Source: Balanoglossus misakiensis (lineage: Eukaryota > Animalia > Hemichordata). From it: DNA of 64,000 bases. The notes beneath the pieces are model-generated. The model ran no database searches, was not told the DNA's origin, and was given only the letters and a program-made list of their open reading frames with translations. How positions within the stretch are numbered: position 1 is the first letter of the stretch; the number at the start of each line of letters is the position of its first letter. The position numbers were made by a program, and so were the translations under genes. Positions 30,401 to 46,017 of this stretch are shown here, piece after piece. The stretch spans positions 1,805,027 to 1,869,026 of the forward strand of contig CM082588.2 in the NCBI GenBank assembly GCA_040954595.2, in the 5' to 3' direction.

Positions 30401-33400
30401 ATCTCATTAGAGCAAATTGGCATGTAATGCGTGGGGACTGCAATTATCAAATAGCTCCCATATGGTCAAATTACAGTAAATATTGTCATCCGGATAATGG
30501 ATAAATGCCACACCTTTAGAATACACTGAAATCTGTTGATGGCCTAATGGAAAAAGCAGCTCATTGTTGACATTATCTTGTTCATTTATAAGTTGTTTGA
30601 CTCAGTAAAACATGGTGAATGACTGGTTGTCACAATTCAATTTATATTCAGTGATAATGCCAAAATATGCTCCATAAGTTGGCCCTGTCTTAGTGTGTCG
30701 ATGAGAGAACATACCAACGAACGTGAGGTGAAATGTGCGGGAAAATTCACTGTGCGTTTAGTCAATGCGGCACTGGAGAATGTACATAAACAGCACTAGG
30801 CATCTAACTACTACTAACATTACGCCTAACGCCCACAGAGCAAGCCAGCTAAGAGTACGAACAGACATGCTCGAGAGAGCGAGAGAGAGAAAAAAAAGCC
30901 CAGGAAGTGGTTTAATGAATAGACCAGTGTCACATGCACTGAATGAACCATCAGGATCATGCAGCCTATTTTGATCTACAAAAAAAGTCTGGCTGAGGTC
31001 AGAGGTCAGAGTGCAGGAGGAAGAAATGTCAAAGGTCATCATCGAAATATGTCCACATAGACATGTGAATAACTACAGGCAGCGTACGCTGACAAATAGT
31101 GGTAAATGAAAGTAGTTTGTGTGATAGTAAATACTAATATAATAACAATAATTAGATGCATGCATGGACACGGTTGGGTTATTCATTAGAACCTGTCTGT
31201 TTTATGGACTTAGCAAGTTTTAATGGTGATGATGAGGCACGCCATCGTTTGGGTCGAGGGGTGACAGATCTTGAAGTGGTAGAAGTAGTAGAAGAAGCAA
31301 AGCCCTTAGGCTTATCTACACCACCAGTGCTAGTTGAAGAGTTGCGAGCTTCTCTCTTAAAATCCATTGAAGAACTGGTGTCATAGACTGGATAAAGCTC
31401 ATCAGGATCGGCTCCGCGTAGCCTAATCAGGTGAATGGGACTCGGTGTGCGCGCTCTGTTCAGAGCGGAAGAAGACATAGACAGGCGCTTACTCATGCTG
31501 TTGCCAGAGGCTGCCACGTTGGACACTGATGTGGATAAGCGTTTGGTTGGAGAGGAGAAGGTCGGTGTGCTGTGCGACTTCTCAGGAGGGATTTGCTCAC
31601 TGCTGTGTCGCCGCTCGTTCTCTCCTATGTAGCTGAAATTGGAGCCGGGTGTCCACGAGCGTCTCTTTTCGCGAGCCTCTTTTGCAGTTTCAGAACGTTC
31701 TCGTGAGCGCCTTAAGATGGCTTCTTTTCGCTCCTGCCAACAGAAGGCAAATAAAATGTACTTTCATGTTAACTACACTAGTCACCATCATGTCCCCCTC
31801 CAAAAAAGGCAATGCATCTCTAATGAGAAAAGGGACTTATCTACTTTAATGTGACAGATTACCTTGTCTTGCTGGTCCAGTAGACGGCGTCTTTCTTCTA
31901 CAGCTGCCCTATGGGACATGTGACTGGATTTTGCGGCCTCTAGCCTTCGTCTCTTGTCAGCCATTTGTTGCTCTCGGATGGCATTTTGCTGTTCTATTTT
32001 CTCTCTCAAAGCCAGATCTGTTGGACCTGGTGAGACAAACAACATGTTAACATACAACAGTGAGTCCCTTTATGTGAAAATTCTTGCATTGCCAAAAGAG
32101 ATCAGTAGCGAACACATATATGCACTGTCAGTTGGAGAATATCCTTCAATAAGTAACCTCGGAAGGGACCTACAGCTACATAGATGTACATGTACTTTGT
32201 AATCACGTACCACTTTTTGGTGTGTGCTTAGGACTTCCCGTGGACGAACTTGTCTTGGAAGGACTTCCGCAGGAATCCTTTCCGCTCACAGTGCTCGTCT
32301 CGTTGCTCTGATCCACGGATGAGGAGACACTGCTGTCCGGATCCGGAGAGATGACGGCACCTTCCGGAGAATGCACTCCGCTGTCTTGCGGCACTGAAGC
32401 CAACTCTGACGTGCTCATCTCGGGAGAAGTCTCCTCAGACGCCATGTCTTGAGAAGCATCTAAGAAGAGATCAAGAAAGAAGCAGAATGCAATAAATAAT
32501 GTTCATGATTATAAAGATCATCATCAGCTGCAGCTGGCAGATAAAATAATAATACACTCACTTCACAGACTAGATGAAGCATGTTGCTATTTTTAGCATC
32601 ATGAAGGCCATATAATCACAAATCAATAGACATGATATGAAGCCTTGCGTGTAAAGCTATTCTGGTTTGGCAGAAAATAAACAAGTCTGTGAAAATAGGA
32701 ACTGTCATAAATAGGCCAGACAAACCGAAATTTATCAGCAAATATTTTGCCTGGCAGTTCATCATGTCACAGGTTTCGCGCAGACTACACGTAGCTGAAG
32801 ACATAAGCATACCAAGACGTGTGGCAGATCATAAATTGTAGTTCAAATTACTTCTCGGTCAGTGATTCATCTACTAATTTACATGAAACAATGTTATCAG
32901 ATAGATCCGATTTATTATGCAATGGTTGTGCAAGGCAGTTGATGAGATAATGTAGAGATGACACTGCAACAAGGCCTGATTGTGTTTCTCAAAAGACTTG
33001 CAACACACAGATATACTGGCACCCTTTATGTTTTGAAGTATATTTCCAACTATTGTGTGGTCCATTTCAATATTGTTCTTTCCATAAATCTATTTTAACT
33101 TTGGATAATTTAAAAATATATATACATATATATATATTTATGGTTCCAACTGGATGAACTCTGGTCTACCCCAAGGCTACCTGAGGTTAGCAAATTTATC
33201 ACCTAATTGTTATACAGCCACAATCTACTTCAGGCTACAGACACAACAGCATAGCCTGCATAAACAATAGCGACAATTAGCTAACACTGGGCCAACCAAT
33301 CGCGAGCTTTGTTTCAGCTTAACTGGAAAACAACATATGATCAATGTACATTGCATGTACATTACATAAACTTTGGAGAGAAAAAAATTGAAAGCTACAA

Positions 33401-36400
33401 CTGTTGTACCTTACAATTTAGAGAATACAAGCTGATTAATTCACCCACCCATCCTAGGTATATGTATGAAAGCTTGCAACTGATGCCAATCTGATTAAAA
33501 TTCAATATAAAATGCCTGGCCCTCTCCAGCTGTTATTTTGCTTGAATCCTACCACAACACGGTTTAAGCGAAAAGACCGAGCCTAAAGGTACTTGTATTT
33601 ACAGTCTTGAACTCAGTCTACAGACCAGACAGTCCATCTATACATGCACTGTCTAAATGCGAAGAGAATTACAAACAGAAGTTGAGCCTAGAATACAAAT
33701 TTAACCAATGCGCTGCCCTACACACACAGAAAACAGTGAGTCAGTTATTTCAAATTTTGTATACGCTGTATCACAATCTTATAATCAGACTGCGTGGTTG
33801 AACACAGCCATAATAATTCAGCACTTTTCTCCTGATTGAAATCATTCAGACTGTGGGACACCCTGCAGGCCATATTCAACAGTCCTCCAGCACAAATCTA
33901 TGTCATAATATGGATGGCAAGATGTAACAGAATATATCAAAGCTGTCATGTTTTGTCACTTCCTTTGTCTGGGATGAAATTACAGCACAGCATGGGCGAG
34001 GTGCAGGCCGCACGCGCCATGTTTCTGGATGATATTAATTAGCTGGCTCATATTGCCATAATTTTTCCCCGAAACAATTACAGTTCCGATTTCAGATTGT
34101 CAGACAAAACAAATGTAAAACCAGTAAGTCTACACCAGCAATACAGCTCACCAAGACACAAATACACATATAAAAACATTTGACAGTTAATAAGTTCAGC
34201 TGGATTGGATTGGAACGACAGTGAAACAGATCTTTTGATTCAGAAACTGCGGAGTGCGTGAAACTTTATACGCCCACCACGTCTAAACAACTTAAAGAGA
34301 TGTATGTCCTAAACTGTCTCATCAGGCAAGAGTCAAATAAACGAGCTTGGGCGACCGAGAAATGGAAAGAACACATACCTTCATACATGAACACAACAAT
34401 CAGACATGTTGTCAGCGGGCGGACATTTTGTAAATGAAGTGAGTGTGGATGAGACAACCTCGTCTGGGCCCCTGCACTACCTTTTCATGCGTTACCTTCA
34501 ATCTGTCGACTCGTTTCTTTTTTCTTTGAATGTGAAGCAGTTTATCAGAAAACATGTCAGGAAACTGACCTGTGCTGTTGAAATAACTACAATTGAGATT
34601 GTGGGGGGTTTTGTGTTTTGCTGCACAGGGCAGCTGGAGGGAGTGGAGGGGGGTAACTGTTAAAGGTCGTTTCAGGTCATAACACTTTGTCACCCAGGTC
34701 GGGCAATGTAAAACCAGTAGCCCGTTTGGCATCTGTGTTAGTGGTGCGGACAGGTGATGAAAACTTCAGAGGACTTTGCAAATTTTTTTATGGGAGTATG
34801 ATCAGATCATGACCCGCTGTGTTGTTTCACGCACAAAAATACCGAACAATCGGGTTGCCTGGCAAATCAGCCATGAGAATTCTTTAATCACGGACTGTGC
34901 TAACTATTAGCGTTAAACAGCGTTCTCAGTATTTCACAAAATCCCGAGATCATTTTGTGAAATGACAAAAGTAGTTCATGGCTACGAGGTAAAATAGGTC
35001 AATGGTCAAAGCAGGTGTCATGTTAATGAGGTAGTGACATCACACCACGCAGATTAAACCTACATGTGGGTGTGTTCCTATTACAGTTAGTGTTCGAAGA
35101 GGTGTTATTAGCTGTACAAGTATGCAAATACACACCCTAGATCATGATGATAGCATGTATGTGGGTTACGCAGCATTGATGGCCCATTTGTACACATCTA
35201 ATGGTTTCTACTTGATATGTCATATTCATAAAATATGGGTAACCTTTGCTGTGAGATTCAACATAACAGAACGGCCTGTCATTGACACTGTATGTAACTT
35301 GGTGTGCCAAACTCTTTCTTTTTCATTTCAGAATCCATTCTGCAATAAGAATGATATCGCTATGCAATCTCAAGATGTGTGTACACATACTCAGTGTATT
35401 TTTTGTCCATGTAACTGTTTGTGATGCTTGACTTGTCTGTAATCTTGATGATCTACTGACCTGCTCCAGTTCCCTTAGCTCCAGTGCATTGCGCATACAG
35501 CACTGTTACGATCAAGTGTTCTTTTCTGATAAGCTAACTCCAGGCTAACAATTAGGTTAGCCCAGTTTTAGCTACATGCCAATATAGTTTATGCAGTATG
35601 TATATTGTGTCTCTGGCTTGTTGACACCTGTGTTATTGTTCATATAGCCTGTGCTATGCCGATAAGTTATAATAAAATAAGGTGCTAAATTTGCTAACCC
35701 ATGTTGGCCTTGGGTTAGCCCATAGCTGACCGAGTTGAAAACTTTAGGTTTTGTATTTTAAATTTACATATACATGGCAACTAAAGACAGCAAAATAAAC
35801 TATTGTCGCTGTGTCGCTGCATTGTCCAAGGGCTTTTGGTCAAATTCTAACATCACATACACATCCTTTTTTGCTCGGACAAGCAAACGGCAAACTGCAC
35901 TTTTGGACAATAGCCCATTCCTTTCATGTCTTGTGCATGACCGTAAACACCAACCTAATACGGCATTGTAAGGGTCACTGTTTAAAAGGATTACGGTACA
36001 ATACGGCCTGGCCCTGGCAAGGCAATGTTTCAATGCACCACCGTTTTATGCACAGTCCTGGCAGAGACCCAAGAATGATCAAATGCCATACCTTAGTACA
36101 CGCTTTTGGAAAAAGAACAAACGTTCCACACAACACTACACATTTTATTCGATCGTCAACTGGTATCCAATCCAGTGTAAGTATCAATGACAGCCTGCGA
36201 CAGCCAAGTGGACCCTCTCTGCTCCATTTATCAATCAGCTGCGACAATGCCCAGCGGCGAGGCTCAATCCATCCAACTTCACAAAAAAACATTTATGTAA
36301 CATTAAACTTAAAAGGGATATCCACTTTACTGACTGACTGAGCATTGTTACATAGGTCATCACAATGTAACAGATTTTATTATGTTTGCTTTGATCTCTC

Positions 36401-37800
36401 TTTCTTTATAATTTTACGAACTTTATCCAGCTCTCTTGATAAAAGGGGGGTGCCCTGTTCAATAAAACGCTCCACGCACACATTCCCAGGGAATTCAAAA
36501 GGAAAGCTGATTTCGAGCTTTTGCCTTCCAGGACAAACCAGGACTCCGTCTGTTCTTGATGGTTTATATCAAGGCTATATTGATAGCATTGTCCGACTGG
36601 TGCAGCATACAGTTTGCGGTTCCTGTCAGATCAACGCTACTAAAGTTCAATGCAAAATCACATGCCACTATTCAACTCACTCATCAGAGTACAGTATAAT
36701 TCATTCAAAACTAAGATTTCAGTTATTAAAGACATCTTAATAGACAAATTAATCTCTGTCATGGTCACCGTTATGCATTGCCGGTGGACACAAAGCACAC
36801 TCATTTTCCAGCAGACTTGTTCTTCTGAATCAATATTATCCAGGATTTCATCTAACTTAATTATCTTATTAAAGCAAACTGTTTTTCCAGCTAATGCAAT
36901 GAATTACTAGTTAGTTCAACCAATATGGCTGTGAGTTAACTAAGAGGCATGGCGCCATGTTTTAGATCAGGGTATGGTGTGTAGGTCTCCACTGTAAAGT
37001 GCATGGACACATACATTTTTTAAAACACAGTCCCTGTGAACACGATATTAATTAACATAATTAATTGTTCCGTCAACATGAGGTAACCTGTCCTATCAAA
37101 CAGCCATAATCATTTTCCCACGCTATCATCTGAATGGTGTGATTCAAACAGGATGCAAATTCTCACCATGGATTATTACTAGGTATAGAAAATACAATTG
37201 GTTTGTACATGTAGCAATGACCATACCTGAAATTGACGGCTATTCGGAAGAAACAAAGTGACGCTGACCTTTAAACTCCGACCCCATCATACCGGTGTCA
37301 CTAAACATGTTCTGTACTGCAATACTCTACCAAGGGACATTTAAGGTCTAGGCAGAGGAAGTCAACACAACAGCTGCTTCCAGAAATGATAGTTTTAGTT
37401 TTACGCACATTCAGGATGCCCGACCTTCAGTTACAGATGTCAGGTTGTTTATAGGTGGACTCATGCATATGCAAATGCATTTCCAAATATGGGTGTGCCA
37501 TTTTTGGGGGTATGCTATTGAATATGCAGATCGGTACCCAATATGGGTTATTAGATTCAACATTACTGGTAGTCAGTTTATTGGGGATGCACCACCAGTC
37601 AGCACATAATGGTGCCTGGGGATACAAAGCGTAAAGTTTGCAAGTGTTGCACATGTGTGGTGTACATGTCAGAAGTTGTGAATGGTTTGTCAGACTTGGA
37701 AGGAGGAGGGGAGAATTCTGGTTTGGTAGCCTAGGAAAAAGAGGAGGCAGTGAAAGATCGGTATGGGGAAAGGAGGGGAGTAAGTGAGAGGAGTGGAGGA

Positions 37801-37834
<34 letters not shown>

Positions 37835-37888
37835 TTGGTGATGTTGGTGATGATGATGATGATGATGATGATGATTGATGATGATGAC

Positions 37889-37937
<49 letters not shown>

Positions 37938-37950
37938 TTGGTGATGTTGG

Positions 37951-37988
<38 letters not shown>

Positions 37989-38033
37989 TTGGTGATGATG
38001 ATGATGATGATGATGATGATTGATGATGATGAC

Positions 38034-38064
<31 letters not shown>

Positions 38065-41000
38065 TTGGTGATGATGATGATGATGATGATGATGATGGTA
38101 TGATCATGATGGTAGTGGCCCAGAAATACCGGTAGATAGACAACATAGCACAAATAATGTAAAGGTTATCGACACATAAAAGTAAAGAGAGCGTGACACT
38201 GGGCACTACAGAGTATCATTATGAGATCTAATAAACATTTGTGCAACAGAACACCAAGGACAAAAATTCATGCCACAACAGTCAGGCATCCAAATTGTCC
38301 TTCAGTTTACACTTCAATAGAGCTTGACTTCTTTTGTCTGAAATGCTTTATATGAGCTGGGTCTTGCGTGACAATACATACATGACTGCATGACTTGATA
38401 CAGCTGACAAAATTTCATCCTAATGGCCAAGGAAAATTAAAACAAGCATGTATTTGAACTCAAGGTGAACTACTGATTAAACAGCTAGCCTCAAAACCCA
38501 AAATAACTTCTGAATATTATTTGCAGGCAGTGCATCATAATGACTTCGACTTTGGCTTCATGCACACCCCTAGTTCCTACAAATGAATCCAACCACACCA
38601 AGGAACACAATAGGACTGTTCCAAAATAGCCAATGAGCAAAAAGAAGGATCCCTCCCACATTTCAGCTTGCAACTTTCTGCGGACAATAATTCCTAATCC
38701 ACTTGATAGTTTCAGCTGTTCACAGCGATCTGCTCAAAAGAAAGAAACAGGAAGCAGTAATGTTCATGTGTTTAACTGTCCACCAGTGAATTTCAATGAA
38801 TTCCTTACAACGCTCAACAGCTTGAACTTTCACCCGTATTTAAATGCTAACAATGTGACATCCATAGCAAATTATCCATAAGCTGACAGACTTCCGGAGA
38901 CCGTAGACTTCAAAGGCAAACACACATGTATTAGAAACTTAAACCCCGAGATCTTTTCTCCATATTTACAGAAAAGAATTCGACATAGATATCCATAAGC
39001 AAACATCACTGGTGGGTGAAAGTCTGAGTGAGATATTAGACGTGATCGACTGGAAAAATTATGTTAAAAAATACATATTTGATTTTTTTTTTGCCTGTAG
39101 GAATGTACATTAAAAGAAAGATACATGACAATGAACTGGGCCTTGACTATTCAAGCTATTGCTGTCACATACACCACTGACAGACATGATTTCATAAATA
39201 ATTCATTACCTTGAAGGCAAAATAAACATGTCGGACTGGCAGTCATCTAGCAGGGAATGCATGTATTTCTACCCAGACAAAAAATACACATTATCAACGC
39301 TGCCCTGCAGTTATGCAAATGAAGCCATCATCACTGTAGATTTCTTTTTATCTTGTCACGACTTTTCAGTTTTCTTGTTCGTGAAGAAACCTCTCTTGTA
39401 GTTTTCCATTCTTTTCTTCGGAACGGCAAACTCAGCAGTGTGCCAACACCTTATTTTTTATCTGGTTGGATAAAAGATGTTGCCATTTGTTCAGCATCTA
39501 TCACTGATGGCCATGACTCAGATCAATGAATAATGATACACTGATTACAGGAATGCTGTTAAAACAAGAAACAATTCTGCCCAACCCATCCCGACATTCT
39601 TGCCATGTGTTAACAACGTCGCCTTTGTTTTATACAAGATTTCATACACACACAACAAGCACTGCACATAGATCAATTCATATCTGAACCATTAATAATT
39701 TTTTTTCCATGCTGCAAGGTTAGCCTTAGCATCAGACTAATTCATCAGTTATTTGCAAGGTTTCACCAATTTGTATAGATTGAAAAGTCGGGAAAATATG
39801 GAAATGTCGCGATAGTAAATAGCAATATTGGATGTAATTATGATGAGATGAAGGTCACCACTGGCTCTCTGCTGTGTCTAATAAAAATACTAAATACATT
39901 TGAATGAAATCAAACAAGCTGCCATGCCCCAATACCAGTGTCTGTTCTGTGTTCACTGCAACAAGAGCATGCATTCTCAATCTGAGTCAAAGGTACAGCC
40001 TTCCACGTGTCTGTATTTGCTCAGTCGCAACTTTACATTCGAGATGTCTTTTGATTCAGTCACAGTACCTCCACATTTCTGGTGAACTTTGACTCTGAAA
40101 CGGTCATCTCATTTGGGACCGTCCGATGAGTCATGTGGGTCTGCACGCACGCACGAAACGCAGGGTAAATATTGACCCCCGACATTGTGTGCTGTTTGGA
40201 ACATTTTTTCACCTGTCAGTTTAAGAGACTCTAAATGGCTTTTTGCGACACCGCAATGTGGTCAAGTCAACAGGAAGCCACAGAGTCAGGTCAGCAGAAT
40301 CAATGATACACCTCCTGTCAGGCATGATGTTGTTGTTATTCCACCAAGAATTTTTTTAGCATGCTTTCAGAAGTTTTTGCCGGCAAACTTGTTTTGTTTA
40401 ATTAACAGGCACTCTGATTATCAATGAATCATATTTCAATGCTGCCCACTCTTATAATCTCCTTGATAAGCTATTGTGGCATATACCCATGTATACTTTT
40501 TAATTTGATGACAATTAAGTTTTATTGTAAGGTTTCCTGAAAACACCGCTTTAGTGACGGAATAAGGACATATAATGGCTCCCCTGACTAGACAATGACC
40601 TTTTTGTTCATTGCCATCTGCCCTCTGGTGACCCTGAACCTCTGCCTCATGATGATCAAGAACATGCCACCTGGGTATTTTCAGTGAATAGGCGTCTATC
40701 ATGATGATCTGTTGCATAGGCCACATGAGCCGCATCAGTGTCCTGTATCACCTTGATGCACGTTAATTTCGGAAACACATCAGATATACTGTAATATCAC
40801 CACAGCTGTTATCTACAGCACTCAACAATACTGTGCATTTGAAGTGGAGACACACCTGGCCCAGCATTACCAGGGGCTCACAACTCTTATTTATACAATA
40901 ACAGAATAACCGGCTGCTGCCAAAACAATAATCCAAGCCACTGTGTTGAAAATGCAGTATTGTATTCTCATATCAACGTAGCTATGCAATATTTGATATG

Positions 41001-41979
41001 TGCAGCATGTGAGGTGCAGGGTTGTTACAGCTGGGTGCCATCTATACTTTAATATTACCCTTTTGCCTTCTTCCAACAATTTTCTGTCATATAACACCAA
41101 ATTTTATATGGTTGGCCTTCATGTATTTCATTCTAACACCATTTTAAAATGTTATTTGTGGTGTTTGGGCCATGGGCCTTTTTCTGACTGACATATTTGT
41201 TACCTGTAACAACAAACGATGGACAGTGATAGAAAGTGCGAGGTAAATGGGCGCATATTCAGGTCATTTTGTTATTCCTTGTCAATAATATTAATTAGGG
41301 GATTAGAGGGAACTTTCCAGCCTGTTCTTCTTTCCTCGCATGCGGACCAAACTGGGGCCAACAGAGAAATCGAGGGACACACCCCTAAGCCAAATCATAG
41401 TCATGTTTTGATGGGATTGTCTGAGGACGCCAAATATTGTCCGATTTAGCCTTGCAACATCAAACAGCCATAACGTGACACGTTAGCAATCACCGATCAG
41501 CGCTATGCATATGTGATACGTGTGCAGGCCGGCTAAATGGGAAGAAAAGGCGTAGCCTTGTCGATGTCTCGGATGTACGTTTCAACAGTCGATACGCGCT
41601 GGAAAGACGACGCATGAACAGAACGCAAGATCGCCGGAATTTGGAACCACGAGGCAGCAATGTCAAAACGGCTATTTGTATGGATCTATAGTTAACGGTC
41701 ACAAATATCGATAATTTATTATTCGCGATAATACAGAAGGTCAGGTCTGTCACCCGAGCGAGTTTTCCGACGTGTACATTATCGGAAATCACGCCGGTCA
41801 GTCAACCAAGACCAATCCCTCCATGACGACCGCCGAAACGAATCTCCCAAGCATGAAGTCGCGATGCAGGGGATTTAAATGTACAAAACTGACTAAAAAA
41901 GAGAGAAAGCGCAAACACAGAGTGGAATTTTACCTGTATGTATGGGGTGCTCCCCTGTCTCTGCCATTACGTCCGCCAT
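24441..41979 (-). CDS. MAP7: MAP7/ensconsin family microtubule-associated protein. Exons 41979-41934, 32459-32211, 32026-31863, 31733-~31193, ~29327-29209, 28903-28817, 28295-27469, 27332-27152, 26938-26834, 26661-26033, 25911-25781, 24451-24441
   Basis: N-terminal coiled coil (RAAVEERRRLLDQQDKERKEAILRRSRER), KRLSMSSSALN, the MAP7 domain (AGYTDEERAKAALAERRRLAKEQAERE..RRRRIEQIMKRTR) and C-terminal PAEVM*. Exon phases are consistent; the central exons are less certain. Confidence 0.88.
33142..33330 (+). mobile_element. Interspersed repeat, copy 1 (inverted relative to 35518-35743)
   Basis: Aligns by eye with the reverse complement of 35518-35743 (ccaaggc..ggttagcaaattta.cacct; ctgcataaac; tagctaa.actgggc.aacc). 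Confidence 0.7.
35518..35743 (-). mobile_element. Interspersed repeat, copy 2; a third fragment lies at 11503-11549 in the last ARL6 intron
   Basis: Reverse complement matches 33142-33330 with a ~45-bp extra segment; its end also matches gggctaacctaat..agcct..atcagaaaagaac at 11503-11549. Confidence 0.7.
37801..38110. repeat. (GAT)n microsatellite, ~310 bp, interrupted by GTTGGT, GATT and GAC
   Basis: Directly visible; lies in MAP7 intron 1. Confidence 0.97.
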
Positions 41980-42425
41980 GATGGATGACGTCATATCATG
42001 CGCAGTCTCAGGTCTCAAGTCGGGAAAAGAATGGGATTGGGGCAAAATAGAAGATTAGGCTTCGGAAATCACATCAGAAAATATGAAAATCTGCGTATTT
42101 CGTTGAAAATAACCTCTTTACAAAAATTAAAGATTTCTCGTTGAACCCAAACAACTTCATAAATTCTCTCGACACTAAAGTAAACTTTATTTACCTGAAA
42201 ACATTCACCCCTACACACAGCGGCACGCATCTGAGTGTGAATGGTAATCCGAAGCCGATGCTACCTGAACGTCTCGCAGCTGCTGTGCGTGAACCCTGGG
42301 GTAGACGACCTGTGTGAAATTGACTGTGTATGTTTTCGGTGATCGTGAATTGTTTTGTTGTTTTCGCATAAAGATCTAACCACATTCTTACTGCGATTGG
42401 TATTTCCCATCGATCTGACGTGAGT
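41980..42425. promoter_or_regulatory. Bidirectional promoter region shared by MAP7 and PDHA1
   Basis: 446 bp between divergent ATGs; perfect CRE TGACGTCA at 41986-41993 and NRF1-like CATGCGCAGT at ~41997-42006. Confidence 0.65.
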
Positions 42426-45052
<2,627 letters not shown>

Positions 45053-46017
45053 AATATAGATAGTGGTTGAAAAGCTTGATACTGGCACAAATGTAAATTT
45101 TAGACAAAAAATTAATATAATTGTAATTTTCCCAGTTGTTTTGTGTGGCAGATCAAGAGTTTTGGTTAGCAACAAAAATGTGAAGCGCACTACACTGTGC
45201 AAGACAAACATGGAAGTTATCCAGTGCCTCATAGTCAATTACAAAATGTAAATATTTTCAGCTGACATGAGAATACTCGCCCTACTAACGCAACAAATTT
45301 TGTATTAACATTGTGTGCTCTGCAAATCGCAATGACAACAGCTAACAGCTATTGGTCATATAGACTTAGTAGTACTTGTACAAGTACCAGTAGTACTAGT
45401 TTCTTCCATTTGAATACATTTATAAATTACCAGTAAAATGATTGGTAAAATTTCACCATATGATCGAGAGTGAAAATAAAACAACTAGCAGTATCATCTG
45501 TTGGCCTTTCTCACTCTGTTACACATAAACTCTGTCTTCTGTTTTTCCTGTATTGCTTGTTTGACCATGATTTCTTTTGCAGTTCATTTCCACGGTATTC
45601 ACAATTATGATCTGAATTGTTTTGTTTTGAGCAAGGTCTTAATAAACAGATGGTTACGGGAATGAAATCAGTGTTTTGTGTTTCTATAATAAATAGCGCC
45701 ACCTATCGTACGAGTTGCCATACTGTTGTTTTTAAGTTTTATAGTTTTTTGGATACTCCTGCGTTATGACATGTAATATATCTAAAAATGAATATGAATT
45801 AAGCGATTGAGAGATATAGAACACAAGCTGAGAATGTCCATTACATTTCTTGATAGCACACGAGTAGAATGAAAACAACAACAAAGAACTAATAATATTA
45901 CCATAACCTAGGACTAAATATTCGTCTAGACACAAACTTTTGTATATCGCAGTTCAACGTGTGTAGCATCTCCAACAAGAACCTCTCGACGGCTGAAATG
46001 TGGACCAGTAATATGCG

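Noticed and set aside
37427-38206. ORFs encoding poly-His/Ile/Ser/Met/Asp
   Set aside because: Artefacts of the (GAT)n microsatellite inside an intron
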